A stretch of 42,670 nucleotides of DNA from a virus (IMGVR_UViG_3300020120_000128:1-42670); one strand, 5' to 3'. Shown: positions 25,325 to 35,064, numbered from the stretch's first letter. Numbers and translations: made by a program. The notes: generated by a model from the letters alone, not told the origin.

Positions 25325-27012
25325 CAGTGTCCCCAGATAGCTTTATCAACCGCTGCTTGATCGACTTTGACCGGCTGCGCTGGCGCGAGGCCGGACTTGG
25401 CGGTCGGATAGACCGGATTGGCGTGGCTGCCCAGCGCCGACGTGACTGAACCATCGTCATTGAAATGCGGCATGAACTTTTGGATATATCCGGCGGCGTC
25501 GGGCTTCTGCGCCGCGTGATTATAGGTCTTGACCATCGCGGCCATATTCCCGCCCACCGGGTTGTGGATATCCGTCACCGCCTTGAGTGCCTTCTCCGGG
25601 TCGCCGGTGGCGCGGAAGGTATCCATGAAGATCACGTCGCTGTCATGGATGAACTGGGCTCGCGCCGCGCCGGTACCGGGCAGCGCCTTGCTGCCGATGA
25701 ACTGGCTCTGCTCCGCCTGCCAGCGGGCGAAGGCACTCTGCGCCGCCTTGAAGCCGGGGTTGCTGTCCTGGTTCTTGACCAGCTCCTGCCCCAGCTTCAA
25801 CTGCTCGGTGGTGATCTGGTGGCTGCCCCAGGCCTGAAGCAGCCCGCTGGCCGTGACCGCGCGCGGGTCGCCCTTGGCCAGCCCGATGCGGGCGTGGATA
25901 TCGTCCCAGACCTTGGGGTTGTAGGGTTGGACCTTTTCGTTCTGCGCGCTCTCCTGCGCGCGGATGCGGGCGTCATTCAACGCATGCACTTCGCCGGGGT
26001 TGGTGGCCCCATAGGCTTGGGCGTAGCGGTCAATGGCAGTAATCTGCTCGGGGTTTAGCGGCTGGCCATTGGCGATCGCCACCGTAATCGAGGTGTCGAT
26101 CTGGGCATAGCCGGCCTTGCCCTGCTCGATCGCCTGCGCCTTGACTGTTTCAGCCCCGGATTTGTAAAGCTCCAGCCCCTTCTTCGGGGCCTCATTCAAC
26201 TGCTCGCGGAACTTGAGCATGTCCTCGCCGAGATATTTAGGCGCATCGGTGTCGCCATCCATATGCGCCTTGAGGTCGGCATAGACCTGCGACTTCGAGG
26301 CGTCGCCGCCATGGTTGGCGATGTCCTGGACCGCCATGTCGGTGCCCGAGCGGTAATAGGCCTTGTAGACGCCGGCGCTGGCCTCATTGACCTGCTTGAT
26401 CTCTTCCTCATCCAGCGCCCCGATATTGGCGCCGGGCAGTGCCTTGAGCGCCTTGTAGCTGGCATGGATATTGGCGGTTGCCCGGTCAAGCTGGGCGGTG
26501 ACGACGGTCGGGGAAGGCTCCTGGGCCACGGTGGCCACGGCGTTGTTGGTGGTCTGCGTGACATTGTCGGCGACCGTGTTCATTGTAATGTGGGCGTAGG
26601 CGGCATGCGTCTCGCGAAGCTGGCTGCGGTAAAGCTCATCGCCCCTTTCGGTGGCGAACATCTTGCCGCGGTCGGTCTTGGCCAAGGCGGTGATGCCGTC
26701 GATCGACTTGGTGACATCCTCCAGATGCTTGGTCAGGAAGCCGGGGTCGTTGGGGTTATCGGCCAGCCCCTTGTTCAGCGCGGTGGTGGCGTTGAGCTCC
26801 AGGTCCGACATGTGCCGGGAGGTATTCGAAATGTCGAGCAACTCATCATGCTTCTCGACCTTGGCCGCGATCTCGCCGGTCAGGCTCTTGATGTCGCCCT
26901 GGATCTGGTGGAAGAACTCGCCCGTACGGCGCGCGGCCACCTCCGCCGCCTGGATGCCCTTGTCCGACGGGGTGATCTCGCCGGTGGCGCTGTATTCGGC
27001 TATATTTGGCAT
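25324..27012 (-). CDS. Internal virion protein (gp15-equivalent)
   Basis: 562 aa, helical and Ala/Gln-rich; TGATG-coupled between the small and large ejection proteins. Confidence 0.7.
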   Translation of the reverse strand: MPNIAEYSATGEITPSDKGIQAAEVAARRTGEFFHQIQGDIKSLTGEIAAKVEKHDELLDISNTSRHMSDLELNATTALNKGLADNPNDPGFLTKHLEDVTKSIDGITALAKTDRGKMFATERGDELYRSQLRETHAAYAHITMNTVADNVTQTTNNAVATVAQEPSPTVVTAQLDRATANIHASYKALKALPGANIGALDEEEIKQVNEASAGVYKAYYRSGTDMAVQDIANHGGDASKSQVYADLKAHMDGDTDAPKYLGEDMLKFREQLNEAPKKGLELYKSGAETVKAQAIEQGKAGYAQIDTSITVAIANGQPLNPEQITAIDRYAQAYGATNPGEVHALNDARIRAQESAQNEKVQPYNPKVWDDIHARIGLAKGDPRAVTASGLLQAWGSHQITTEQLKLGQELVKNQDSNPGFKAAQSAFARWQAEQSQFIGSKALPGTGAARAQFIHDSDVIFMDTFRATGDPEKALKAVTDIHNPVGGNMAAMVKTYNHAAQKPDAAGYIQKFMPHFNDDGSVTSALGSHANPVYPTAKSGLAPAQPVKVDQAAVDKAIWGH

Positions 27013-27449
27013 CAGATGAAGGCCGCAGCCAGCTTAAGGGCGCCGCCCAGCAGCCCGCCAGCGCCGGCCGCCTTGGCATGGGCGGCCATGCCCTTGAACT
27101 GGGCCGCCTGGCTTTCATAGCCGACGACATTGATCTGGGCCTGCTCGTTCACGATCGCCTTCTCCAATGATCCCTGCGACACGCTGCTCCGCAGCACCGA
27201 CTGGGCGCTACCGCCACTGGTCAGTCCCGCCCCGGCGTATCCCGCCTGCTGCTGGCCCAGCGTCTTGTAGATCTGGCGCTGGGTCTGCTCTTCCTTGATG
27301 TCGCCTGCCTCGCGGCTGATGACGGCGTTCTGCTGGGCGTATTCCGCCGCCTTGTTATAGGCCGAGGCTTCGGACATATCGCCGAGGAAGCCGAACAGCC
27401 CGCCAATGGCGTCACCGATCCCGCCAATCTGTCCGCCCGTCAAGCCCAT
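27012..27449 (-). CDS. Internal virion protein (gp14-equivalent)
   Basis: 145 aa; Gly-rich hydrophobic ends, LGQQQAGYAGAGLTSGGSA motif; follows tail tubular B. Confidence 0.78.
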   Translation of the reverse strand: MGLTGGQIGGIGDAIGGLFGFLGDMSEASAYNKAAEYAQQNAVISREAGDIKEEQTQRQIYKTLGQQQAGYAGAGLTSGGSAQSVLRSSVSQGSLEKAIVNEQAQINVVGYESQAAQFKGMAAHAKAAGAGGLLGGALKLAAAFI

Positions 27450-29788
27450 CAGAGGTTCTCGTTCGTTTCAATCTGGCACTCGACCGAGACCACGGTGCAC
27501 GGATAGGGCCGTGTCACCTGCCAGCACCACATATTATCATAGTTGAAGCCGCTGTCCACCGTGCCCCAGTACACGCCATTGAAGGGCTGCTGCAAGGTCA
27601 ATGCCACGGTGCCCCCCGGCGACTTGAACTCCAGCGGGCGCATCAGGGTGAAGTCCACGCCCATGCTCATCCCCAGCGTATCGACCAGCAGCGGCGCGGC
27701 ATAGACCGTCCGGCGCTTCTTGCCCTGGCTGGGGCCAGACTGCGTCATGCTTTCCTGCGGGCCGGCCGGGCGCAGGATCTGGCCCTGGCTGATATAGGTA
27801 TGGCCTATTGCGAACGGTATGCAATAAGGCGGCGGACCAAAGGACAGTTTCAGGAAGGGGTTGCTATCGCGCGGGCCGGTCAGGGTAGCGGGCGAATAGA
27901 GCAGCTTGTCGGTGCCAGCCCACCAGAAGGTGTTGGTGGCCGCGTCATAGATGCCGGCGTCGCTGGTGTCCTGGTCCAGTTGCGTGATGCCCTGCGACTG
28001 CCATACGACGTTGGCGTTGCCGATGGTGGTGGCGTAGTCCGTATAGGCCAGATCCCAGCCGAGTTCATCGACGATGCGGGTGGCCACCGGCGCGGAGCCA
28101 TAGCTGAGCTGGTACTCCACGAAGATCGTATGCCAGAGATTGCTGTGCCAGCCGGTGATGGCCCCGGTGTAGGGCTGCACGATAAAGGACAGCCACACCT
28201 TGGTATAGTCATGGCCAGGGAAGACGAAGGTATGATGCGCCGGGAAGGCGTTGATCTGGAGCGCGTCGATCACCACCCACGCCGCGCCGGTCGAGGATGT
28301 CAGCGGCGTCCATGTCGCCGACATATAGCCGCGCACGAAGGCGTGCTGGTAGTCGATAGACCCGGCGACGATGTCGTAATAGGTCAGATCGAAGAAGGTC
28401 AGCGACGGATCTATGGTCAGCGCATGGGCGGTCTGCCACGAGAAGAACTTCGACAGGATCGCAAGCTGGTTTGATGCCGGCAGATAATACAGGAAATCGT
28501 AGGTCGGGAATTGCAACGGGATCAGGCTGGTGTCCGGGTTATAGCCGTAAGCGCTGGCGTTGGTGTTGGGGCCGGTCGACACGCCCCAGGGGGTTACGTC
28601 GACAATAGCGCCTGCGGTCGCCCCATAGACTATCGGAGAAGGCTCGGTAAACCGGAATAGCTTGTAGGCGCGAGCGGTCGGGGTGAGGCTGTCTTCCACC
28701 GCCTGCTGTTGCAGGAAATAGACGCTCTGGCTCTGCGTGAAGACATATGAGTTTACGCCGGAGAGCGTCCCGTTGAACGATACTGGGAAGTCGAAATTAG
28801 CATAGGCAAGCCGGTAATCCGCTGCGGTCTCCCGCGGCTGGATCGTCCTTGGCGTGAGCACCAGATGATGGTGGGATGGCTCCCCGGTGTCGGCAGAAAC
28901 CCGCGTCTCGATAATATAGGCCCAGTCGTCGCTGATACCGATGGGCTGCATATGCGTCGCGTTATGGATTGGCATCAGCGGCGAGATGATCTGCTGGAAC
29001 CCATCCGCGCGCCGGAAGAAATAGACCGTGCAGTTCTGGTCGCCGTCGAAGCTGTCGACGTGGATCCAGGTATCCCCGGTGCGTGGGTCGACAAGCTGGG
29101 GGTAAGCCTGGCCTTGAGACTCGACGAAGCGGCGGTAGCTGCCGTCGCTCACGCCGGGGGTGGAGGAGATCGTGCAGGTAAAGCCTGCCCCTCCCCCGAG
29201 AACCCCCGCCTGCGCGGTGAGCACGTCCCCTGACGCGTAGCCCCCGGCGTACCCGCTAATACCCCGAGAGAGCAGCACTGGGGTATAGATTTGGGCAATG
29301 AACGTCACCGCGCCGCCGGCCACCAATATGTTGGCAAAGGCCCCGGTGCCGCTCCCGCCCGTCAGCGGGACGCCGATATAGACGCCGTCGACATAGCCGG
29401 AACCGCCGTTGATGGTGAACGCCACCCCGATCTGGTGGCCCTCCGGGACCACCTGGCTCGGCCCGTAGCAGTCATGCCAAAGGACGGCTCCGTGATCGAT
29501 ATTCTTTTCGCAGACACGCAGGTTCTTCTGGCCGGTAGGGTTAAGCCCCCCGCCGATATCGATGAAATTCTGGCCACTCCATAGGGCGTGGCCGGTACTG
29601 TTCGTGTTGGCACTGGCGTTATATACCGAGGCATTATAGAGGATCGACCGCCGCTGGTAGTCGAAGGTATTGCCGGCGTTATCCTGGTAGGTGGTCTGGT
29701 GGGTGAAGAGGCGCTGGTTGCTGTTGAACGCCACGACGAACTCCAGCGCGTAATTCTCCTCGGCCGTCATGGTATAGGTCAGGGGCAT
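27449..29788 (-). CDS. Tail protein: large beta-rich domain fused to the C-terminal segment of tail tubular protein B
   Basis: 779 aa; the last ~125 aa (AIGHTYISQGQILRP...GKKRRT...PFNG...WQVTRPYPCTVVSV) resemble the C-terminus of tail tube B/nozzle proteins. Confidence 0.7.
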   Translation of the reverse strand: MPLTYTMTAEENYALEFVVAFNSNQRLFTHQTTYQDNAGNTFDYQRRSILYNASVYNASANTNSTGHALWSGQNFIDIGGGLNPTGQKNLRVCEKNIDHGAVLWHDCYGPSQVVPEGHQIGVAFTINGGSGYVDGVYIGVPLTGGSGTGAFANILVAGGAVTFIAQIYTPVLLSRGISGYAGGYASGDVLTAQAGVLGGGAGFTCTISSTPGVSDGSYRRFVESQGQAYPQLVDPRTGDTWIHVDSFDGDQNCTVYFFRRADGFQQIISPLMPIHNATHMQPIGISDDWAYIIETRVSADTGEPSHHHLVLTPRTIQPRETAADYRLAYANFDFPVSFNGTLSGVNSYVFTQSQSVYFLQQQAVEDSLTPTARAYKLFRFTEPSPIVYGATAGAIVDVTPWGVSTGPNTNASAYGYNPDTSLIPLQFPTYDFLYYLPASNQLAILSKFFSWQTAHALTIDPSLTFFDLTYYDIVAGSIDYQHAFVRGYMSATWTPLTSSTGAAWVVIDALQINAFPAHHTFVFPGHDYTKVWLSFIVQPYTGAITGWHSNLWHTIFVEYQLSYGSAPVATRIVDELGWDLAYTDYATTIGNANVVWQSQGITQLDQDTSDAGIYDAATNTFWWAGTDKLLYSPATLTGPRDSNPFLKLSFGPPPYCIPFAIGHTYISQGQILRPAGPQESMTQSGPSQGKKRRTVYAAPLLVDTLGMSMGVDFTLMRPLEFKSPGGTVALTLQQPFNGVYWGTVDSGFNYDNMWCWQVTRPYPCTVVSVECQIETNENL

Positions 29789-32016
29789 CAGGTGATCTCG
29801 ATCGAAGTCTGGGTGCAGCCAGCCGCCGATATGCCTGCCAGCAGCGCATCGGTAAAGAGCGACGACGCAGCATTGAGGGGGATATCGATCGTGCCGTCCG
29901 CCGCGACGGTGAAGTCACCGAGATCGAGCCCGGCGCCCCAGGCGGTGATGCTCTCGCCGATCATGTACCACATGCCATAGACGCGGACCACCGAGACGCC
30001 ATTGACGGTCAGCCGATCGGCCCCGACCACCGCCGCCCCGCCATCGACATACCAGGCGGTCAGCAGGCTGTCGCTGTCATCCCAGACCGTTTGCAGGAAC
30101 TCGACATAGCAGTATTGCGTCATGGGATCTTTCGTCACCATGGCCAGGGTGTCAGTCTGGCCGCCATTGGCCGGTCCGCCCTGGATGCTGACGATGTTGC
30201 GGCCGGTGCCCAGCTCATGCCGATGCCAGCCATAGAACTCGATCGGCTTGATCGGGTCGTCATGCTTGTAGGTGCAGCCGATCAGCTTGCCGTCATTGGT
30301 TCGCGCCCAGATCACCGGGGTCAGCTCGCGCATATAAGCCAGCTCGGCGATGCCGCCGGCCGAGAGATGCTTGGAGCGCAGCAGCAGATTGTCGGCGACG
30401 AACTTCTGGGTGAAGTAATTGGCCATGTACTCGTAGACCTTCCGGCCGTCGCGGTCGATGAAGATAGTGGCGCGGCCGACCTTGATCGCCGGCATGTTGA
30501 TGCTGCCGTAATGCGTCATCTCGCGGGTCAATATGGACGTCGGGGTGATCGGCTCGCCCGCACTCGACGAGGCGATCATCCATTCGCCGCTCTGCGTCCC
30601 CGCCAGCACGCCCTGTTCATCAGGCAGCAGCCACAGGAAATTCTCGATCTCCTGGGAGTTGAGCGTGCCGGCGATGCCGCTGGCGTCGGAGACGGTGCCG
30701 TCCAGCCCGGTCGGGGCGAAGTTGACATAGCCGTGCTGGCCGAAGTCATTGCTGACGCAGGCGTCGAAGCGGTTCTTGACCGCGCCCGCCAGCCATATCC
30801 GCCCCTGGTAATAGGCGCCCGTGCTGGGATAGCCGGTGCTGTCGCTATAGACGCCCAACTGCCAGGCCGTGATCGGCACGGTATAGAGCAAATTGCCGCT
30901 GGCGATGTTGTCAGGGTAGGTGACAGCCGCGGCCAGGGTGCCGTGGAAGCCGGTCGAGGACACGACGGAGACGATCGTGCCCCAGGTCCATGCCGCCGCG
31001 GTGGTCGAGATCACCCAGTTGATCCCGGCATCGGTCTGGGGCTCGATGCCGGAATTGGCCTTGACCGCCCTCCAATAGACCCCGGCGTCCTTGACCACGT
31101 TACCGGCGCTATAGGACGTGCCTACAGCCCACAGTGCCGGCTCGGAGAACACCCGGAACTGGCGGCCGACATCGGTGGCGAGGAAGCCCTGGCCGCCATT
31201 GATGCTGTTGGCCGAGCTGGCGGTGAAGGTAATCGTGCCGCTGGTCGCCCCCGGCGTCAGCGTGGTGCCGTCGGCGGGGATGTCGAGATAGGGCCCATCG
31301 TTGAAGCTGGTTGCGGTGAGCGCGGCCACCGGGCCAGTGAGGGTGAAGGTATAGGGCTTGTACTTGGGGTGCAGCAGCAAGGCATTGACCCCGTCCTGGA
31401 CAATGCGGACCTGCTGGAGATCGGCCTGGAGATAGGGCGTCGCCAGTTCCAGGATGCGGCGGACGGTCAGGGCGACAATGCCGTTAAGCGAGATCTGCGA
31501 TCCGTCGACCTGCGCCCCGGTCAGGGCGTCGGCCACGGTAAAGGTATTGGCGTCGAGGACTGTCACCAGGAACTGGCGGCCCAATAGCGGCGCAATCCCG
31601 GCATAGGTCAGGGCCGAGGTCAGGGTGAAGATCGCCTGCTCGCCGGTCGACATTCCGTGGCTGAGCGAGGTGAAGACCCCTGGGTTAGCGGCGGACACCG
31701 AGAGGATGATGGTCTCGGTATTGGTCACCAGCCCCGCGCCCGAGACCCACAGCCGCAGATGGCTGTCAGTCAGTTCGATATCATAAGGCTGGGCCTGGTC
31801 GACGTTGTATTCGCGCAGCACCGCATAGCGGCCAAAGCGCGTTGGCCCGCCCAGCCTTGTGCCCGAGCGGCGCGGCGCGGCGCCCTCCTCGATCGGGATC
31901 ACGTTCAGGCATTGATTCATCCCGGTCCGGTAATCCTCGCGGTCGAAGCGTCCCTGGAACTGAGGAGACCACTCGCCCCCGAGGAACGAGTTCTGCGCAA
32001 ACGAGGCCTTACCCAC
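29788..32016 (-). CDS. Tail tubular protein B (nozzle), N-terminal major part
   Basis: QNSFLGGEWSPQFQGRFD...Y...CLNVIPIEEGAAPRRSGT, GYPSTGAYYQGRIWLAG, LAGTQSGEW, GWHRH. Confidence 0.88.
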   Translation of the reverse strand: MGKASFAQNSFLGGEWSPQFQGRFDREDYRTGMNQCLNVIPIEEGAAPRRSGTRLGGPTRFGRYAVLREYNVDQAQPYDIELTDSHLRLWVSGAGLVTNTETIILSVSAANPGVFTSLSHGMSTGEQAIFTLTSALTYAGIAPLLGRQFLVTVLDANTFTVADALTGAQVDGSQISLNGIVALTVRRILELATPYLQADLQQVRIVQDGVNALLLHPKYKPYTFTLTGPVAALTATSFNDGPYLDIPADGTTLTPGATSGTITFTASSANSINGGQGFLATDVGRQFRVFSEPALWAVGTSYSAGNVVKDAGVYWRAVKANSGIEPQTDAGINWVISTTAAAWTWGTIVSVVSSTGFHGTLAAAVTYPDNIASGNLLYTVPITAWQLGVYSDSTGYPSTGAYYQGRIWLAGAVKNRFDACVSNDFGQHGYVNFAPTGLDGTVSDASGIAGTLNSQEIENFLWLLPDEQGVLAGTQSGEWMIASSSAGEPITPTSILTREMTHYGSINMPAIKVGRATIFIDRDGRKVYEYMANYFTQKFVADNLLLRSKHLSAGGIAELAYMRELTPVIWARTNDGKLIGCTYKHDDPIKPIEFYGWHRHELGTGRNIVSIQGGPANGGQTDTLAMVTKDPMTQYCYVEFLQTVWDDSDSLLTAWYVDGGAAVVGADRLTVNGVSVVRVYGMWYMIGESITAWGAGLDLGDFTVAADGTIDIPLNAASSLFTDALLAGISAAGCTQTSIEIT

Positions 32017-32019
32017 CCG

Positions 32020-32478
32020 TCAAGGTCTCCCATGCTTGCGGAGATAGGCCGCTGCAAGGTCCACTACCGCCGGGCTATCTAGGAAGGCCCCTAGCCCACG
32101 ATTACAGTTACCGCAAAGGAGCGCCCGGACTGCGCCCGTATTATGGTCGTGGTCGACATGAAAATGTTTGCCTGTTTGCCACTGCTCAATGTCACATATA
32201 GCACAGGAGTAGTTTTGGCCTTTCAACATCTCCTCATATTCAGCATGGGAAAGACCATACTGCGCTTTAAGATTATGCGCGCGCCTATATTCTCTGCCGC
32301 CTTCTGTGGCGTACGCTTCCCGCCTCTTAGCCAGCCACTTATCTTTATAGCCAGGCTCCCGGTTCCACCGCTCCCGCGCACGGATGTTCGTGCATTCGAC
32401 GCAGTCGCCGCCCCGTACGCGTCGGATGCCGACATGCCCTCGCTTACATGGTGAGCCTTGGTAAGTTGTTGCTTTCAT
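32020..32478 (-). CDS. Second endonuclease VII-family (probable homing) endonuclease
   Basis: CKRGH...DCVEC N-terminus; YGLSHAEYEEMLKGQNYSCAIC...HVDHDHNTGAVRALLCGNCNRGLG; likely start ATG 32478. Confidence 0.88.
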   Translation of the reverse strand: MKATTYQGSPCKRGHVGIRRVRGGDCVECTNIRARERWNREPGYKDKWLAKRREAYATEGGREYRRAHNLKAQYGLSHAEYEEMLKGQNYSCAICDIEQWQTGKHFHVDHDHNTGAVRALLCGNCNRGLGAFLDSPAVVDLAAAYLRKHGRP

Positions 32479-32488
32479 TGATAAAAAC

Positions 32489-33187
32489 CTAAATTCGGCA
32501 AACGAGATAATCATCGAGCGGCGGCTCGACCGAGCCCGTCTCGATGCCGTTCACTTGTCGAGCATCGGACATGAAGGTCTTGTAGATCTGGCTGATGACC
32601 CCGAGCTTGCTGTCGGATTGGGTCAGCGGCTCGCAGATCTCCAGCCCGAGGCGCGCGCCGAGCCCCTCGCAGAACATCGGGTCCATCTGCGCCACGTCCT
32701 GCACGTCGGCCACGAAGCGCAGGATAATCACCGCGCTGTCCATGGTGGTGATATAGTCGCCCTCGAAGGTCCAGTCATCCTGCGGCATGCCGCTGGGCGC
32801 CCCCAGATAGCTGACATTGCCCTGCTTGGGGTCTTGCGGCGCTTCGCGCAGAAAGCCCGAGGGCAGCCGGAACAGATTGCGGGTGGTGGTCTGCTGGCGT
32901 GGTCCGGCGCCGATCGGATAGAGCAGCCGCTCATAGCGCACCGCCGCGTCGATCTGAAGCCAGTCCTGCCCGACCTGCTGCGAGGCTTGCGCCGCCGGCA
33001 CGCTCTGCCAGTATGGCCCCGCCACCGGGGCATTGTTGGTATTGAGGTCGCTGAGCGACTGCCACACCGCGCTCATGGCGTCGGTGACGGTATCGCCGAT
33101 ATGGTAAGTCTTGGTGGCCACCCACAGCAGCGGCAGCGTGGTCGGATCGTCGAGGGTGCCGGTGGTCAGGCATTGGTAGATGTTCAC
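32489..33187 (-). CDS. Tail tubular protein A (adaptor), C-terminal part downstream of an in-frame TAG
   Basis: FRLPSGFLRE...WTFEGDYITT...LRFVADVQDVAQMDPMFCEGLGARLGLEICEPLTQS is typical of tail tube A; same frame as the upstream part. Confidence 0.8.
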   Translation of the reverse strand: MNIYQCLTTGTLDDPTTLPLLWVATKTYHIGDTVTDAMSAVWQSLSDLNTNNAPVAGPYWQSVPAAQASQQVGQDWLQIDAAVRYERLLYPIGAGPRQQTTTRNLFRLPSGFLREAPQDPKQGNVSYLGAPSGMPQDDWTFEGDYITTMDSAVIILRFVADVQDVAQMDPMFCEGLGARLGLEICEPLTQSDSKLGVISQIYKTFMSDARQVNGIETGSVEPPLDDYLVCRI

Positions 33188-33214
33188 CGCCGCGCCAACG
33201 ACATTATAGACCAG

Positions 33215-33637
33215 CTAGCCGGCATAATAGCTGATCGCGGCCGCCAGTCCTTGCCACGGCGTCACTGTCTGCGGGCCGAAGTAGACGACCCAATAGGCTT
33301 CATTAGGCGAGCCGGGAGTGGTGCCGACCGGCGCATACTGGTCCGCCAGATAGAAGATGTTGTTGTAGAGCACGATCGAGCCCTGCGGGTATTCCTCAGC
33401 CGCGTCCCAGGCTTCGGGCACCAGGAACATCGTCGTGGTATCGACCGCGCGCAGCGCCACCTTGCGGATCGAGAAGCGCCAGACATTGCGGCGCAGCTCG
33501 GCATCGCGCAGTTTGTCGTAGTTGGCGTTGCAGCGGTCTGCCGCCTTGCTGTCATCGCTGAACGCGACAATCGGCGGGATGCCGCAATGGTCCAGCGCAC
33601 GGTTGGCGATGTCGACAGGATAGAGGAATTTGGCCAT
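33215..33637 (-). CDS. Tail tubular protein A (adaptor), N-terminal part ending at an in-frame TAG
   Basis: VDIANRALDHCG...I....DDSKAADRCNANYDKLRDAELRRNVWRFS is the usual tail tube A N-terminus. Confidence 0.8.
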   Translation of the reverse strand: MAKFLYPVDIANRALDHCGIPPIVAFSDDSKAADRCNANYDKLRDAELRRNVWRFSIRKVALRAVDTTTMFLVPEAWDAAEEYPQGSIVLYNNIFYLADQYAPVGTTPGSPNEAYWVVYFGPQTVTPWQGLAAAISYYAG

Positions 33638-33685
33638 GGGCATCCTATACCGTGAAGAGAGGCTTAAGGGAAGCCACCCATCGGC

Positions 33686-35062
33686 CTATTGCATGACTGC
33701 GGGCGGGCTGAGCCTTATGATACGCGGATTGGCGATGCCCATCTTATAGGTGCCAGAGGCATCGCTGGTGCCCATGATAATGGACCACACGCTAGCGGTA
33801 GTGAGATTGCCGCCCTTGTCGCCGAACTTGAGGGGCGGGAAGACGACATGCCGCGTCATCGCCGCCGGGATTTGGTAGGCATACGCTGCCGCCCCCAGGT
33901 CCAGCACAAATCGTCCTGCGCCCGCAGTATCCCGAACGTCCAGTCGGATCGTTTCGGCATTAAGGTTCGGAGTATAGCTCGCGAGCCCTATGTTGTACAC
34001 GTCAACCTCAAACCCATAAATGTCGCCGACACTAGGGTTTAATCCGGCGGCTGTCGGATTAAACGGTATCTGGAACTGCATGGTGTTATTAGCCGCAGTG
34101 ATGGCGAGTTCGCACGTCTGAAATACTTTGCCATTTATGGTCTCAATCTTGGCGTTTTGCCTTGTACCGCTTACTGCGGTTACCGCGAGCCCAGATGCTA
34201 TAGTACCAAATGATATAGACGTTGTCTTTTTAAATAGAGGGTCCGCGTAATAATTCACGCCCCGGTATCTCGTTGCCGCTGCGGGGCCAAACCAATTTGT
34301 GAGCGCAGCAGCCTCAAGCGGCGCAGCGGTATACTGGCCGTACCCGCTCAGATGCACCCCGACATCGGTACCGCTGGAGCCATAATAATTGGTCGACAGG
34401 AAGTTGCCGCTGGCGTCGCAGATGGTGCCCACCATCGAAACAAATTGAAGCGCGGCAGGATTCGCCGCCGCCAGGGCCGCGAGATTGGCGGCTACTGTCA
34501 TCAGCGCCAAACGGATTGAGGCGGGATCCCCGGTGTAGGGATTGCCGACGCTGCCTCCATAGCCGTAGGTACCGACGATAATGACCCGGATGCCGGCGGC
34601 CAGAAAGCGGTTGATAATCGTAGTTGCGTTAGTTGTCGCTGTCGCTGCCGCCGTAGCTGCCGCTCCCGCGTCAGCAACCGCCTGAAAATCATTGATGCAC
34701 CCGGCGCGGTAGATCACGACATCAGGGGCCAAGTTTATCATGTCTCTGGTTGCGCGTCGCGTGGTGCTTGCAGCAAGCCCGTCTCGGGCGACCATCTGCG
34801 TCGTGGTCTGACCGGATATACCTCCTGCCCCTACAAGATATGCCTGCGGGTAAAACGCAGGCACTGCCCATTTATGCCCGAACTGCACTACTGAAACAGT
34901 ACCGGAGTTCCACACCGAAGAAGATGCAAGCGAGCTGTCTTGAGAAGCCGGCGAGTTCGGGTCACCCGCAGTAGCCTGGCTGTCGCCAAATAAAGCCACC
35001 CGGACCGGCGCCCAGAGATTTGCGTTGACGCCGAGAGAAAGTAGCGCCGCGTCTACCGTCAC
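33686..35062 (-). CDS. SGNH/GDSL hydrolase-domain virion protein (tailspike/esterase-like)
   Basis: Blocks I FGDSQ, II GISGQTT, III GCINDF, V D-VG-VH; beta-rich C-terminal domain; visibly lower GC. Confidence 0.82.
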   Translation of the reverse strand: MTVDAALLSLGVNANLWAPVRVALFGDSQATAGDPNSPASQDSSLASSSVWNSGTVSVVQFGHKWAVPAFYPQAYLVGAGGISGQTTTQMVARDGLAASTTRRATRDMINLAPDVVIYRAGCINDFQAVADAGAAATAAATATTNATTIINRFLAAGIRVIIVGTYGYGGSVGNPYTGDPASIRLALMTVAANLAALAAANPAALQFVSMVGTICDASGNFLSTNYYGSSGTDVGVHLSGYGQYTAAPLEAAALTNWFGPAAATRYRGVNYYADPLFKKTTSISFGTIASGLAVTAVSGTRQNAKIETINGKVFQTCELAITAANNTMQFQIPFNPTAAGLNPSVGDIYGFEVDVYNIGLASYTPNLNAETIRLDVRDTAGAGRFVLDLGAAAYAYQIPAAMTRHVVFPPLKFGDKGGNLTTASVWSIIMGTSDASGTYKMGIANPRIIRLSPPAVMQ

Positions 35063-35064
35063 CG

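Noticed and set aside
23399-31587. Long plus-strand ORFs (653, 498, 285 aa and others) opposite the structural genes
   Set aside because: Typical stop-poor antisense frames in high-GC coding DNA.
33215-33217. Genome-wide TAG reassignment
   Set aside because: Only one internal TAG was seen, several genes end cleanly at TAG, and no suppressor tRNA was found.
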